Below are positions 10,355-20,981 of a stretch of DNA of 64,000 nt, piece after piece; position 1 is the first letter of the stretch, and each line of letters opens with the position of its first letter. This DNA comes from Vicinamibacterales bacterium. GTDB lineage: Bacteria > Acidobacteriota > Vicinamibacteria > Vicinamibacterales > UBA8438. Position numbers and translations under genes: made by a program. The notes under the pieces were generated by a model. That model saw only the letters and a program-made list of their open reading frames with translations. It was not told the DNA's origin and searched no databases. The stretch spans positions 633,262 through 697,261 of the forward strand of contig OZ252219.1 in assembly GCA_965249105.1 (NCBI GenBank), read 5' to 3'.

Positions 10355-11796
10355 ATGCCTGAGAGACCAGGGAGCACCGGCGCACGGGGTCAACGGGAAA
10401 GCCGCCGACGGTTTTTCAAGCTGTTGGCGAGTAGTCCGCTTCTGGCGACGGCGTATCCGGTCCTGCCGTCGAGCTGGCAGGACGCGATCGCTAAAGAGGC
10501 CGTGCACGGCGCAGCGGCCGGTCCCCGACCGGCAGGCATTCCCTGCCCTGACTGTGGAGCGGAGATGGTCTTCCCGCCGAGTCCCGACACGCGGCTCTCC
10601 GCACAGGATTCCGCCAACCCGCTCACGCTCGACCGCAACCGCTTCCTGGAGGCGCAACTCGCGGGTCAGGTTGTCGAGTCGCCCGAGCAGGCGGCCAACG
10701 TGTGGGACATGGAGATGACGACCCACGCACACAACTTGCCCGAGCACTGGGCCTACCTGCACCTCGGTGTCGACGATTTCGAGACGCGTGTGGCGAATCG
10801 GGAAGGCTTCAACCGGATAGCCGTGCGTCCCAGGCGCCTAGGTCAAGACACGTCCAACCTGGACACCTCGGTCGAGCTGTTCGGCAAGCGATACGGAACC
10901 CCGCTCTTCACCTGCCCGGTCGCCGCGCTCCAGGCTTACCACACGCAGGGCGAGGTAGGGGCCGCTCGGGCCGCCAGGGGCCAGGGTGTGTTCGTCTGCC
11001 AGTCGCACAACAGTTCGCAGTCGTATGAGGAGATCGCCGAAGGATATGGCGAGCCCCACTGGTTCCAGCTCTACATCCGATCGGACTGGAACCAGGTGAC
11101 ACACACGCTCGACCGGGTCGAATCGGCGGGCTGCGAGGTGCTGGTTTGGACGGTCGACTCGCTTGGTGGAAGCAATCGCGAGCTCATGCGACGCGTCGAC
11201 GGGACTGAGGGGAGGAGCGCGGCGTTCTGCCAGAACTGCCACAATCACCGCGAGGGGTATCAGCGGCCGATGCTGCGAGACCTCGAGGGCCCAGCAGGCC
11301 CCCGTCCGATGCCAGACTGGGACTACCTCAAGCGGCTCAAGGACTACACGTCGATGAAGGTGCTCGTGAAGGGTATCGTGACGCGTGAGGAGGCCGAGCT
11401 GGCGGTTGAGCACGGAGCGGATGGCGTCTTGTGTCCAACCACGGTGGTCGTGGCGTCAACATGCTCCGCGGGACCATCGATGCGCTCCCCGAGGTCGCCC
11501 AGGGGGTCGACGGGCGGGTGCCCGTACTCATCGACAGCGGTGTTCGACGGGGTGCGGACATCTTCAAGGCGCTTGCGCTTGGCGCCGACGCCGTGGGGAT
11601 CGGTCGCCCGTACGTCTGGGGACTGGGCGCGTTCGGCGAAGAAGGCGTCGATAGACTACTCGAGATCATTTTGGACGAGTTCAGGATGGTCATGCGACAG
11701 ACGCGCACGACGGCTATCGACCAGATCGGGCCCGGATTCGTGATGGAAGGACAGCCGATCATGACCCGTGACAACAGGCTGGGCTTCGGTCTCTGA
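10355..11796 (+). pseudogene. FMN-dependent alpha-hydroxy acid oxidase with Tat signal; frameshift at ~11431
   Basis: SRRRFFK; WFQLY; WTVD; VKGI...GADGVL then SNHGGR...DSGVRRGADIFKALALGA in the next frame (one base missing). Confidence 0.85.
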
Positions 11797-11818
11797 ACTC
11801 TGAACGCTGACCGGTTGG

Positions 11819-13330
11819 CTAACGCGAGCCCGAGTTGGTCACCGACGCGGGCGCGCGCAGCTCCGCGATCTCGAGCTCGTTTACCTGATCGATGATGTGC
11901 GCATAGGCCCGGGTCATCGCCTCGAGCCCGGCTGCTGGCACATACTCGGGCATGTCATGGTCGGAGTGATAGACCCACGGCGACTCGACCACCTGCACCG
12001 ATGGTGCGTCTAGACTGACGTCGCGCATATCACCGCTGGCAATCGGCTCCATCTCGTGATACACGGCCACGCCGAACAGCTGATACGACTCAAGCACCCG
12101 GCTCGCGAGCTTGTCGCTGCCAAACACCCACCAGCGCCGGGCGTCCGTCGTGTTCGACTTGCGCAGCGCTGGCCCGTATAGATACGTCTGCGTAACCGAG
12201 ATGTGCTCGGCGTTGAGGATCAGCGCCGTGTCCACGAGAAAGGTGTCACGGTTGTCGTGCATCCAGAGTGCGCCCGGCGCTCCCGCATGGTGCGCGGCCG
12301 TCGAGACGAAGCGCAGAGTGCGACGCCGCTCGGTCCGTGGCAACCCGGCGAAGTACTGCGCCAGACCCAACATGGCCGCGGTGCCCGAGGCGTTGTCGAG
12401 CGCGCCTTCGAAGTAGGCGTCGTGATGGGCCATCACGATGATCGTCTCGTCGGTCATGCCGGGCAGTGTGCCCCAGATGGAGGCGCACTCGAGCCCGTCA
12501 CGGATCTCGGTCGAAAGCCGTACGTCGATGCTCACCGGACGCCCCGCCTCGAGTGCTTCTCGCACGTGGTTGCCGTCATCGAGGCCGATCGAGAAAATCG
12601 GCACATCGGCTCCCAGTGACAGGCGTGAAAGGCGGCCGTCAACGAGTGTGGTGTTGAGTTGGGTCTGGAAGTTGCCCGGAAGCGCGAGCACGACGAACAC
12701 GGCGGCGGCGCCCCGCTCGGCAGCCCGCTCGGTTGCGCCATAGGTCTCGGCCGTATGCCGGAGTGCGCTGGGCCTCGGCGTGCTGTGGATGAAGACGGCC
12801 TTCCCCCGCACGTCCCGCCCGAGGAAATCGGCCTCCTGCCCGAGCCCGACCCAGACCGGATCGAGCGTCAGCCCCCCAGCCGGTGTCGCGGCAGAGTCCT
12901 GCCCCGGATGCGCGCTCGCTAGCGCGGTCGTCCCGCCGGCGCCGGAGACCTCGACCGACCACGCGGTGGGAATCCATTGCGGAGCGAGCTCGAACCCCTG
13001 GCGCTCGATGTCCTCCAGCCCGACCCGCTCGAACTCCTCTGCCATCCAGTCCTCGGTCTGTAGGTCCGAGTCGAGTCCGGCGATGCGACCCCAGTACTGA
13101 TGGCCGGCGTCACGGCTACGACGCGAGATCGCCGTCATGTCGACTACCCACTGCTTGAGCTCACCACCGTTGATGCGCCCGTATTGCTCGGCGCCCGCTG
13201 GCAGCGGCCATCGCAGGTAGGACGACTCCAGGTCGTACTGGTGTGGCGTAATGGGCGGCTGGGCGACGGCCAACCCGGCGGCTACAAGGGCGCAGCCGAG
13301 CACGACGATCAGTGGAATCTTTCTTGGCAT
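11819..13330 (-). CDS. M28-family metallopeptidase with PA-like insert
   Basis: AHHDAYFEGALDNASG; YHSDHD; signal peptide. Confidence 0.85.
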   Translation of the reverse strand: MPRKIPLIVVLGCALVAAGLAVAQPPITPHQYDLESSYLRWPLPAGAEQYGRINGGELKQWVVDMTAISRRSRDAGHQYWGRIAGLDSDLQTEDWMAEEFERVGLEDIERQGFELAPQWIPTAWSVEVSGAGGTTALASAHPGQDSAATPAGGLTLDPVWVGLGQEADFLGRDVRGKAVFIHSTPRPSALRHTAETYGATERAAERGAAAVFVVLALPGNFQTQLNTTLVDGRLSRLSLGADVPIFSIGLDDGNHVREALEAGRPVSIDVRLSTEIRDGLECASIWGTLPGMTDETIIVMAHHDAYFEGALDNASGTAAMLGLAQYFAGLPRTERRRTLRFVSTAAHHAGAPGALWMHDNRDTFLVDTALILNAEHISVTQTYLYGPALRKSNTTDARRWWVFGSDKLASRVLESYQLFGVAVYHEMEPIASGDMRDVSLDAPSVQVVESPWVYHSDHDMPEYVPAAGLEAMTRAYAHIIDQVNELEIAELRAPASVTNSGSR

Positions 13331-13432
13331 GTGTCGACCTCTGTAGGCGGCATCATACAACGGGGCCAGTGGATGACCTGGCGACCGCCATCTCGATGTT
13401 CCTATACTTGGGGTTGTCGCTGGAGGGTTGAG

Positions 13433-14674
13433 ATGCAGATCCCTAACTTCGCTGGAGTTGCCGCTGTCGCGGTCGGCCTGTTCTTCGCCGCGACGCCGGT
13501 ATTCGCTCAGACGCAACCACCGACCGAGGGACCGGCGGTCAACGGGTCACCAGCCTGGTTTTTGCAGGGATCATTTCCCGACTCAGGTGTGCGAACCATC
13601 GTTGACTCGGAGGGAAACGCGACGATCGCGCCTCCCAGCGAGTCGGGCGACTCTCGTACGGCCACTGCGGAGACACCGGGATGCAGTCACTCACCGCTCT
13701 GTCGCAATCGTCTGGGCCGCCCCTCACAGTCACTGCAGCGTGTTCAGTGGGAACAAACGCTGGGCTATGCCTTCTCGTACCCCTATCGGCTGCCAGCGGG
13801 GCCCGGCGGTGTCCCGGCGGTGGCTCTTGATTCGAACGACAACCTCTGGGTGTTTCAGCGGGCGGAGGCGGGTAAACCGCGGCTCTTCAAGTTCGATCCG
13901 GATTTCAACCTCATCCTGAAAGTCGGGCCGGACGTGATCGGCTACCAGGACAAGGCGCACGGCATGGCCGTCGATGCAGACGACAATGTCTGGATCACCG
14001 CCACACATGGTGCCACCGTGATGAAGCTCAGTCCCGAGGGCGAACTGCTCTTGACGATCGGTGAGAGCGGGCGCCGGGGGGACTGGAATGAAGCCGAAGG
14101 GCAACGGCTGCTCTGGGAGCCAGTCATGGTCGCCTTTTCACCGAACGGCGACGTCTATATCGGCCAAGGCCATGGGAACGAGAGCCCCAACGATACCGAC
14201 TCCGGTGATCCGGCCAACAACCTCGGCGCGTCGAGGATCCTGCACCTCAACAGGAACGGCCAGTTCATCAACCAGTGGTATGGCAACGAGGCCGGACCGG
14301 GGAAGTTCAACTCGGCCCACGGGCTGGCCGTCGATCCCACGAACGGCGATGTCTGGATCGGCGACCGTGAGGACTATCGCATCGTCGTCTATGCCGGTGA
14401 CGGCAAGTTTCTCAAGACGCTGCAAATGAGAAACCTGTCATGCGCCCTCTATTTCGATTCGCATGGCCAGCCATGGATGGCGACAGGGCTGGACGGCCAG
14501 TTCCTGAAGCTGGACCGGAACGGGAAGGTGCTCGGTGCGGTCGGAAACGGAATGGGGATCGGGACCGGCCAGTTCATCGAAGCTGGCTACTGGGCGATGG
14601 ACAAGGACGACAACCTGTATGCAGGAGACACGGTCGTGGGCCGGGTCACGAAAATGGTTGCGCCCGAGGAGTAG
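13433..14674 (+). CDS. Secreted NHL-repeat protein
   Basis: AHGMAVDADDNVWI, GKFNSAHGLAVD, WIGDREDYRI repeats. Confidence 0.85.
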   Translation: MQIPNFAGVAAVAVGLFFAATPVFAQTQPPTEGPAVNGSPAWFLQGSFPDSGVRTIVDSEGNATIAPPSESGDSRTATAETPGCSHSPLCRNRLGRPSQSLQRVQWEQTLGYAFSYPYRLPAGPGGVPAVALDSNDNLWVFQRAEAGKPRLFKFDPDFNLILKVGPDVIGYQDKAHGMAVDADDNVWITATHGATVMKLSPEGELLLTIGESGRRGDWNEAEGQRLLWEPVMVAFSPNGDVYIGQGHGNESPNDTDSGDPANNLGASRILHLNRNGQFINQWYGNEAGPGKFNSAHGLAVDPTNGDVWIGDREDYRIVVYAGDGKFLKTLQMRNLSCALYFDSHGQPWMATGLDGQFLKLDRNGKVLGAVGNGMGIGTGQFIEAGYWAMDKDDNLYAGDTVVGRVTKMVAPEE

Positions 14675-14814
14675 AGCATCCTTATCGGCAGAGCTGGACG
14701 ATTGTGCGACGAACAGAATTTCGTGCGCTCGGCGGCGGTCGGGTGTATAAAGGTGCCGTCCGGGGCAGGCACGACGGAAACCCCGGTTTACACCACCGAA
14801 AAAGGAGTCTCATC

Positions 14815-15927
14815 GTGAAACCCGCAGTTCTCGGCTTCGTGGCCGCTGTCGCACTGACCCTTGTCCTCTTCCCAGCCATCGGCCTCGCTCAGGCGCAGCA
14901 GCCTGACAACAGCGACGCTCCGCTGATTCCGTTCGTGTCTGTACCCAACTACTTGAAGTATTCCGCGGACATGAACCTGGGTGAGATTCTGGGGGTCGCG
15001 GAGAATTCGAAGGGCCACCTCGTGGTGCTGAACCATCCGGGGTCGGCCACAACCGGCCCGCTCTACGGCAACGCCACGCATCAGCTCCTGGAGTTCGACG
15101 ACCGGGGCCATTTCGTGCGCGAGATCGGAAAAGGAGTGTACGGCCTGGGGTACTCGCACTCCGTCCGATTCGACAGATATGACAACCTCTGGGTCGTCGA
15201 CAAGGGCACCAACGCCGTCGTGAAGTTCGATCCAGCCGGCTACGTGGTCTTGAACCTCGGGCGACGCCCGGAGGGCTATGACCCGCACGTGCACGTCAGC
15301 CAGGAGGACGCCCGGCCGAGAGATGGTTTCTTCCAGGGCCCGACCGACGTCGGATGGGACGCCGATGACAACATCTACGTGAGCGACGGGTACGTCAACT
15401 CTCGGATCGCCAAGCTCGACAAGCATGGAAACTGGATCACGTCCTGGGGCACCTACGGATCGGAGCCTGGCCAGTTGTCGACGCCTCACAACATGCAGGT
15501 CGACAGGGACGACAACGTGTACGTCGCCGATCGAGATAACAGGCGGATTCAAGTGTTCGATTCCGACGGCAACCTACTGCGCATCCTCTATCTCAACGCC
15601 CCGTACGACAAGACACGGCAGCCAGTCTTGGGCAACCCCAACCCAAACCGCCCGGACAACACCGAACCGTGGACCCTGTGCATTTCCGACGGCCCGACGC
15701 AGTACCTGTTTGCAGCGGACGAAGAACCGGGCCGCGTGTACAAGATGACGCTCGAAGGCAAGATTCTCGGCATGCTCGGGGAATCCGGACGTCAGCTCGG
15801 CCAGTTCAACTGGCCGCACGGCATCTCATGCCGGTCGGAGGACACGCTGTACATCGCCGACATGAACAACTGGCGAGTACAGAAGATCTTGCTGAACGAG
15901 TCGACGGGTTCGTCTGGCGATCAGTAG
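14815..15927 (+). CDS. Secreted NHL-repeat protein (PAL-like family)
   Basis: HSVRFDRYDNLWVVD, PTDVGWD...SDGYVNSRI, PHNMQVD...ADRDNRRIQVFD; RBS AAGGAG. Confidence 0.88.
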   Translation: MKPAVLGFVAAVALTLVLFPAIGLAQAQQPDNSDAPLIPFVSVPNYLKYSADMNLGEILGVAENSKGHLVVLNHPGSATTGPLYGNATHQLLEFDDRGHFVREIGKGVYGLGYSHSVRFDRYDNLWVVDKGTNAVVKFDPAGYVVLNLGRRPEGYDPHVHVSQEDARPRDGFFQGPTDVGWDADDNIYVSDGYVNSRIAKLDKHGNWITSWGTYGSEPGQLSTPHNMQVDRDDNVYVADRDNRRIQVFDSDGNLLRILYLNAPYDKTRQPVLGNPNPNRPDNTEPWTLCISDGPTQYLFAADEEPGRVYKMTLEGKILGMLGESGRQLGQFNWPHGISCRSEDTLYIADMNNWRVQKILLNESTGSSGDQ

Positions 15928-15988
15928 TGTGGCGGCCCGCCGAGGGTCGAGCTCATCGGCGGGCGCCTCGGGGCGATCGAGGTAAGTC

Positions 15989-17761
15989 TCATCGGCCCTC
16001 GCCTTCCGTGAGCCACGTGTATTGGTCGATGGGCACGTCACGCCACTCCTCGACCCGTCCGCTCGGCCACATGACGCGAACGTCCGGTGCGTTCGCCTGC
16101 TCGCCGAGGCCGACGAGCACCCGCGGATCGTTCGCCGAGGCGTAGCTCCCATCCGCTCGAGCCCGGCGCCACAGTGTCGAGCCATCCGACCGAAGAACCG
16201 CCACCCGCGCACCGAGCATGTCCCGGGCCGGGCGTCCGCCGACGAGTCGCAACCCGATCCAGTGGTGCCGGGTGCCGATGTCGTTGACGAGGAGTCGAAC
16301 CGGGCCCTCCGCGTTGGCGATCACGACGTCGGTATCGCCGTCGTTGTCGATATCGCCAAACGCCGCCCCGCGGCTCACCTCGGACCGCTCGAACGCCGCG
16401 CCGGCGAGGCCGGTGACGTCCTCGAACGTCTGCCCGCTCAGATTGCGGAGTAACAGATTGGGCTGCTGCATCGGGAACGGGTTATCGGGTCCCAGCGCGT
16501 CGTAGTTCTGGATCACGGAGCCGTTCACCTCCAGGATGTCGAGCCACCCATCGTTGTCAAAATCAATCCAGCCCGCGCCGAACCCCGTAAACGGGAGGCT
16601 GGCGAGCCGGAGACCGAGCGGGCCGCTCCGTTCTTCGAACGCTCCGGTGCCGTCGTTGACGTACAGCGTGCTGCCCTCTCCGGTAAACTCGGTGATGACG
16701 AGGTCCTCGTCGCCGTCGTTGTCGAAGTCGCCGGCGTCGACTCCCATGTCGGCATTGCGCTCACCGGAGGCAGCCAGCGCCGTGCCCGCCGAAAGCGCCA
16801 GGTCGCGGAACGTACCGTCCTGCTGGTTGAGCCAGAGCTGGTTTTCCTGCATGTCGTTGGCGACAAAGACATCGGTCCAGCCGTCGCCGTCGAAGTCGGC
16901 GGTCGCAATGCCGAGTCCCGGCCCAAATGTGGCCGCCAGTCCCGCGTCGACCGTCACATCGACGAATGTCCCATCCCCACGATTGCGATACAGCCGGTCG
17001 GGCTGGGCGCGATATTGCTGGGGCCGGCAATAGTCCCGACTGCCTGACTCGCTGTAACAGGGCACGTCCTGATCGATGTCGTAGACGAGGTAGTTGCCGA
17101 CGAAGAGATCGAGCCAGCCATCGCGGTCGACATCGAGGAGCGCCGCCGGCACGCTCCAGCTCGGGTCCGCCGTGCCGCTCGCCTGCGACACGTCGGTGAA
17201 CGTGCCGTCGCAGTTGTTGCGATACAGCTGGTTCGGTCCGTAGTGGGTCAGATACAGATCCACGCACCCGTCGTTCGTGAGGTCGCCCGCCGCGACACCC
17301 ATCCCGTAGCCTCGGGCATCGATGCCACTCGCGTCGGTCACGTCGGTGAAGCGCAAGGCGTCGGGACCGGCTGCCGAACCCAACTCATTCCGGTAGAGAC
17401 GCCCCGTGAGCGGGACGGGCGACGGCGGCGCGCCGCGAGCATCCGGCGTGACGGGCGCGCCCAGCCTCTGCCCTTGGACCAGGTACACGTCGAGGTCGCC
17501 GTCGTTGTCGTAGTCGAAGAGCGCGGCGCCGGGACCCAGGATCTCGGGCTGATAGAAACGCCCCGACCGGCCGGTCGTGTGGACAAAATCGAGCCCGGCG
17601 GCCTGAGCCCGATCGACGAACCATGCCGGTTCGGCGGTCTCGACGTCGGCTGGTTCAGCCACGCTGGATGTCGGTGGATCGGTCGTGCCCCCGGCACAGC
17701 CCCCGACTCCGGACGCCGCCACGCAGAACGCCCAAGCGATCGGGCCCCTGCGTCTACACAC
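15989..17761 (-). CDS. CRTAC1-family FG-GAP/ASPIC-UnbV protein, copy C
   Basis: DYDNDGDLD-type repeats; C-terminal GARV...GSYAS...GLG...WPSG. Confidence 0.92.
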   Translation of the reverse strand: MCRRRGPIAWAFCVAASGVGGCAGGTTDPPTSSVAEPADVETAEPAWFVDRAQAAGLDFVHTTGRSGRFYQPEILGPGAALFDYDNDGDLDVYLVQGQRLGAPVTPDARGAPPSPVPLTGRLYRNELGSAAGPDALRFTDVTDASGIDARGYGMGVAAGDLTNDGCVDLYLTHYGPNQLYRNNCDGTFTDVSQASGTADPSWSVPAALLDVDRDGWLDLFVGNYLVYDIDQDVPCYSESGSRDYCRPQQYRAQPDRLYRNRGDGTFVDVTVDAGLAATFGPGLGIATADFDGDGWTDVFVANDMQENQLWLNQQDGTFRDLALSAGTALAASGERNADMGVDAGDFDNDGDEDLVITEFTGEGSTLYVNDGTGAFEERSGPLGLRLASLPFTGFGAGWIDFDNDGWLDILEVNGSVIQNYDALGPDNPFPMQQPNLLLRNLSGQTFEDVTGLAGAAFERSEVSRGAAFGDIDNDGDTDVVIANAEGPVRLLVNDIGTRHHWIGLRLVGGRPARDMLGARVAVLRSDGSTLWRRARADGSYASANDPRVLVGLGEQANAPDVRVMWPSGRVEEWRDVPIDQYTWLTEGEGR

Positions 17762-17805
17762 GTGAGACGACGCTCCACGGTCCGTAGGCCGTCGTTCGAC
17801 TGACG

Positions 17806-19194
17806 TTATCGGTCACCGATGCCCTTCTGCAGACTCAGCACGGCCTCGACGACATCCTGCAAGGCGGTGAGCTCCGGCTCGTCGACGTGGATTCGCCGTG
17901 CCGCCACGAGCCAGTCACGGGCCTCCTGGTAACGCTCGAGACCGATGAGGACGTTCGCCCGCTCTTTCCACCCGTCGACATGCCGGGGGTCGAGCTCGAC
18001 GACGCGGCGGTACGGCTCGAGCGAGTCCTCGGGGCGTCCCAACGCCTCGAGGCTAAGGGCCAGCCCCATGTGCGCCTCCACGTGATTTGAATTGTGCCGA
18101 ACGGCAAGGGCAAAGCGGGACGCCGCCTCCTCAGGTCGCTCCTGCCGGGCGAAGATCACCCCCAAGCTGTAGTGGGCTTGCGCGTACGTCGGCGACTGCC
18201 GGACGACGGCTTCGAACTCCGCGATCGCGGCGTCGGTCTCGCCCATCCGACCCAGCGCCAACGCCCGCTGATGCCGAAGCGCGAGGTTCTCTGGCTCCAG
18301 CTCCAGCCCTTTGTGGAACAGCGCCGCCGCCTCGGCCCATCCTCCGGCTTGGAACGCTGCCCACCCACGCCTCTGATACGCCTGGCCGCTTTCCAGCAGC
18401 CTGTCGTATTCGTTCATGAGCGGGTCGGACAGCGTCGGTTTGCCATCCCCGCGCTGCTGCAGATGCGCGTCCGTGTTGTTCGGTTCCCCGAGACCCCGGT
18501 ACGCCATCGCCAGCGGGTAGTGCAGGCTCGTTGCCTCGGGCTCGAGCGTCAACGCCCGCGTCAGTAGCTCCACCGCCTGCGCATGGTCACGTCGAGCGAG
18601 GGCCACATGGCCCCGGCCGGCCAGGGCCACAGCCGAGCGGGGATCGTGGTCGAGCGCTTGCTGAAAGAGCACCTGTGCGTCGTCGAGTCGACCCTGATCG
18701 ACATACAGCCCAGCGAGACGGATGAGGATCGGGACGTCGGCGGGGCGCAGCTCGAGCGCGCGTTCGAATAACGCTATCGCCCGCGCGTGCTCGCTCCGGT
18801 AATTGTGGAAGTGGCCGAGATAGTAGGGCCAGCGTGGATCGTGCGGCGCGACCGCCTGGGCGTTACGGAGACTGGACAGCGCCGCGGTGTCGTAGTCGGC
18901 CGCCATCAGAATGAGGCCGAGATCCCCATGGGCGCGACCGAGCTCGTCGGCGGGCGTCTCGGGGCGATCGATCCGCGTCAGCGCGGTGTGGCGCTCGCGG
19001 ACCTGGTCGCGCACCGACTCGGACAATCGGGACAGATCCGGAAGCGTGACGGGCCTCACCTCGCGGGGGCTCTCTCCTTCGGCGTCGCGGGATGCCGGGC
19101 GCGTCGCTCCCGCATCGTCCGGAGGGGCACACGCGCTCACGCCGGCAACGAGCAGTCCGGTCAGCACGACGCGGGCGATCGAGGGGACGCTCAT
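17806..19194 (-). CDS. TPR-repeat putative lipoprotein, copy B
   Basis: VSAC lipobox-like motif; multiple TPR helices. Confidence 0.9.
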   Translation of the reverse strand: MSVPSIARVVLTGLLVAGVSACAPPDDAGATRPASRDAEGESPREVRPVTLPDLSRLSESVRDQVRERHTALTRIDRPETPADELGRAHGDLGLILMAADYDTAALSSLRNAQAVAPHDPRWPYYLGHFHNYRSEHARAIALFERALELRPADVPILIRLAGLYVDQGRLDDAQVLFQQALDHDPRSAVALAGRGHVALARRDHAQAVELLTRALTLEPEATSLHYPLAMAYRGLGEPNNTDAHLQQRGDGKPTLSDPLMNEYDRLLESGQAYQRRGWAAFQAGGWAEAAALFHKGLELEPENLALRHQRALALGRMGETDAAIAEFEAVVRQSPTYAQAHYSLGVIFARQERPEEAASRFALAVRHNSNHVEAHMGLALSLEALGRPEDSLEPYRRVVELDPRHVDGWKERANVLIGLERYQEARDWLVAARRIHVDEPELTALQDVVEAVLSLQKGIGDR

Positions 19195-20981
19195 CGGCCC
19201 TCGCCTTCCGTGAGCCACGTGTATTGGTCGATGGGCACGTCACGCCACTCCTCGACCCGTCCGCTCGGCCACATGACGCGAACGTCCGGTGCGTTCGCCT
19301 GCTCGCCGAGGCCGACGAGCACCCGCGGATCGTTCGCCGAGGCGTAGCTCCCATCCGCTCGAGCCCGGCGCCACAGTGTCGAGCCATCCGACCGAAGAAC
19401 CGCCACCCGCGCACCGAGCATGTCCCGGGCCGGGCGTCCGCCGACGAGTCGCAACCCGATCCAGTGGTGCCGGGTGCCGATGTCGTTGACGAGGAGTCGA
19501 ACCGGGCCCTCCGCGTTGGCGATCACGACGTCGGTATCGCCGTCGTTGTCGATATCGCCAAACGCCGCCCCGCGGCTCACCTCGGACCGCTCGAACGCTG
19601 CGCCGGCGCGGCCGGTAACGTCCTCGAACGTCTGCCCGCTCAGATTGCGGAGCAACAGATTGGGCTGCTGCATCGGGAACGGGTTATCGGGTCCCAGCGC
19701 GTCGAGGTTCTGGTTCACGAAGCCGTTCACCTCCAGGATGTCGAGCCACCCATCGTTGTCAAAATCAATCCAGCCCGCGCCGAACCCCGTAAACGGGAGG
19801 CTGGCGAGCCGGAGACCGACCGGGCCGCTCCGCTCTTCGAACGCTCCGGTGCCGTCGTTGACGTACAGCGTGCTGCCCTCTCCGGTAAACTCGGTGATGA
19901 CGAGGTCCTCGTCGCCGTCGTTGTCGAAGTCGCCGGCGTCGACTCCCATGTCGGCTTTGAGGTCCCCAGCGGCACCCACCGCCGTGCCCGACAAAAGCGC
20001 CAGGTCGCGGAACGTACCGTCCTGCTGGTTGAGCCAGAGCTGGTTCTCCTGCTGATCGTTGGCGACGAATATATCAACCCACCCGTCGCCGTCGAAGTCG
20101 GCGGTCGCCACGCCGAGTCCCGGCCCAAACGTGGCCGCCAGTCCCGCGTCGGCCGTCACATCGACGAATGTCCCATCCCCACGATTGCGATACAGCCGGT
20201 CGGGCTGGGCGCGATATCGCTGGGGCCGGCAATAGTCCTGACTGCCTGACTCGGTGTAACAGGGCACGTCCTGATCGATGTCGTAGACGAGGTAGTTGCC
20301 GACGAAGAGATCGAGCCAGCCGTCGCGGTCGACATCGAGGAGCGCCGCCGGCACGCTCCAGCTCGGGTCCGCCGTGCCGCTCGCCTGCGACACGTCGGTG
20401 AACGTGCCGTCGCAGTTGTTGCGATACAGCTGGTTCGGTCCGTAGTGGGTCAGATACAGATCCACGCACCCGTCGTTCGTGAGGTCGCCCGCCGCGACAC
20501 CCATCCCGTAGCCTCGGGCATCGATGCCACTCGCGTCGGTCACGTCGGTGAAGCGCAAGGCGTCGGGACCGGCTGCCGAACCCAACTCATTCCGGTAGAG
20601 ACGCCCCGTGAGCGGGACGGGCGACGGCGGCGCGCCGCGAGCATCCGGCGTGACGGGCGCGCCCAGCCTCTGCCCTTGGACCAGGTACACGTCGAGGTCG
20701 CCGTCGTTGTCGTAGTCGAAGAGCGCGGCGCCGGGACCCAGGATCTCGGGCTGATAGAAACGCCCCGACCGGCCGGTCGTGTGGACAAAATCGAGCCCGG
20801 CGGCCTGAGCCCGATCGACGAACCATGCCGGTTCGGCGGTCTCGACGTCGGCTGGTTCAGCCACGCTGGATGTCGGTGGATCGGTCGTGCCCCCGGCACA
20901 GCCCCCGACTCCGGACGCCGCCACGCAGAACGCCCAAGCGATCGGGCCGTAGGCCGCCGTTCGGCTGACGTTATCGGTCAC
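19191..20981 (-). CDS. CRTAC1-family FG-GAP/ASPIC-UnbV protein, copy B
   Basis: Near-identical to copy C, offset by 3202 bp. Confidence 0.92.
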   Translation of the reverse strand: MTDNVSRTAAYGPIAWAFCVAASGVGGCAGGTTDPPTSSVAEPADVETAEPAWFVDRAQAAGLDFVHTTGRSGRFYQPEILGPGAALFDYDNDGDLDVYLVQGQRLGAPVTPDARGAPPSPVPLTGRLYRNELGSAAGPDALRFTDVTDASGIDARGYGMGVAAGDLTNDGCVDLYLTHYGPNQLYRNNCDGTFTDVSQASGTADPSWSVPAALLDVDRDGWLDLFVGNYLVYDIDQDVPCYTESGSQDYCRPQRYRAQPDRLYRNRGDGTFVDVTADAGLAATFGPGLGVATADFDGDGWVDIFVANDQQENQLWLNQQDGTFRDLALLSGTAVGAAGDLKADMGVDAGDFDNDGDEDLVITEFTGEGSTLYVNDGTGAFEERSGPVGLRLASLPFTGFGAGWIDFDNDGWLDILEVNGFVNQNLDALGPDNPFPMQQPNLLLRNLSGQTFEDVTGRAGAAFERSEVSRGAAFGDIDNDGDTDVVIANAEGPVRLLVNDIGTRHHWIGLRLVGGRPARDMLGARVAVLRSDGSTLWRRARADGSYASANDPRVLVGLGEQANAPDVRVMWPSGRVEEWRDVPIDQYTWLTEGEGR

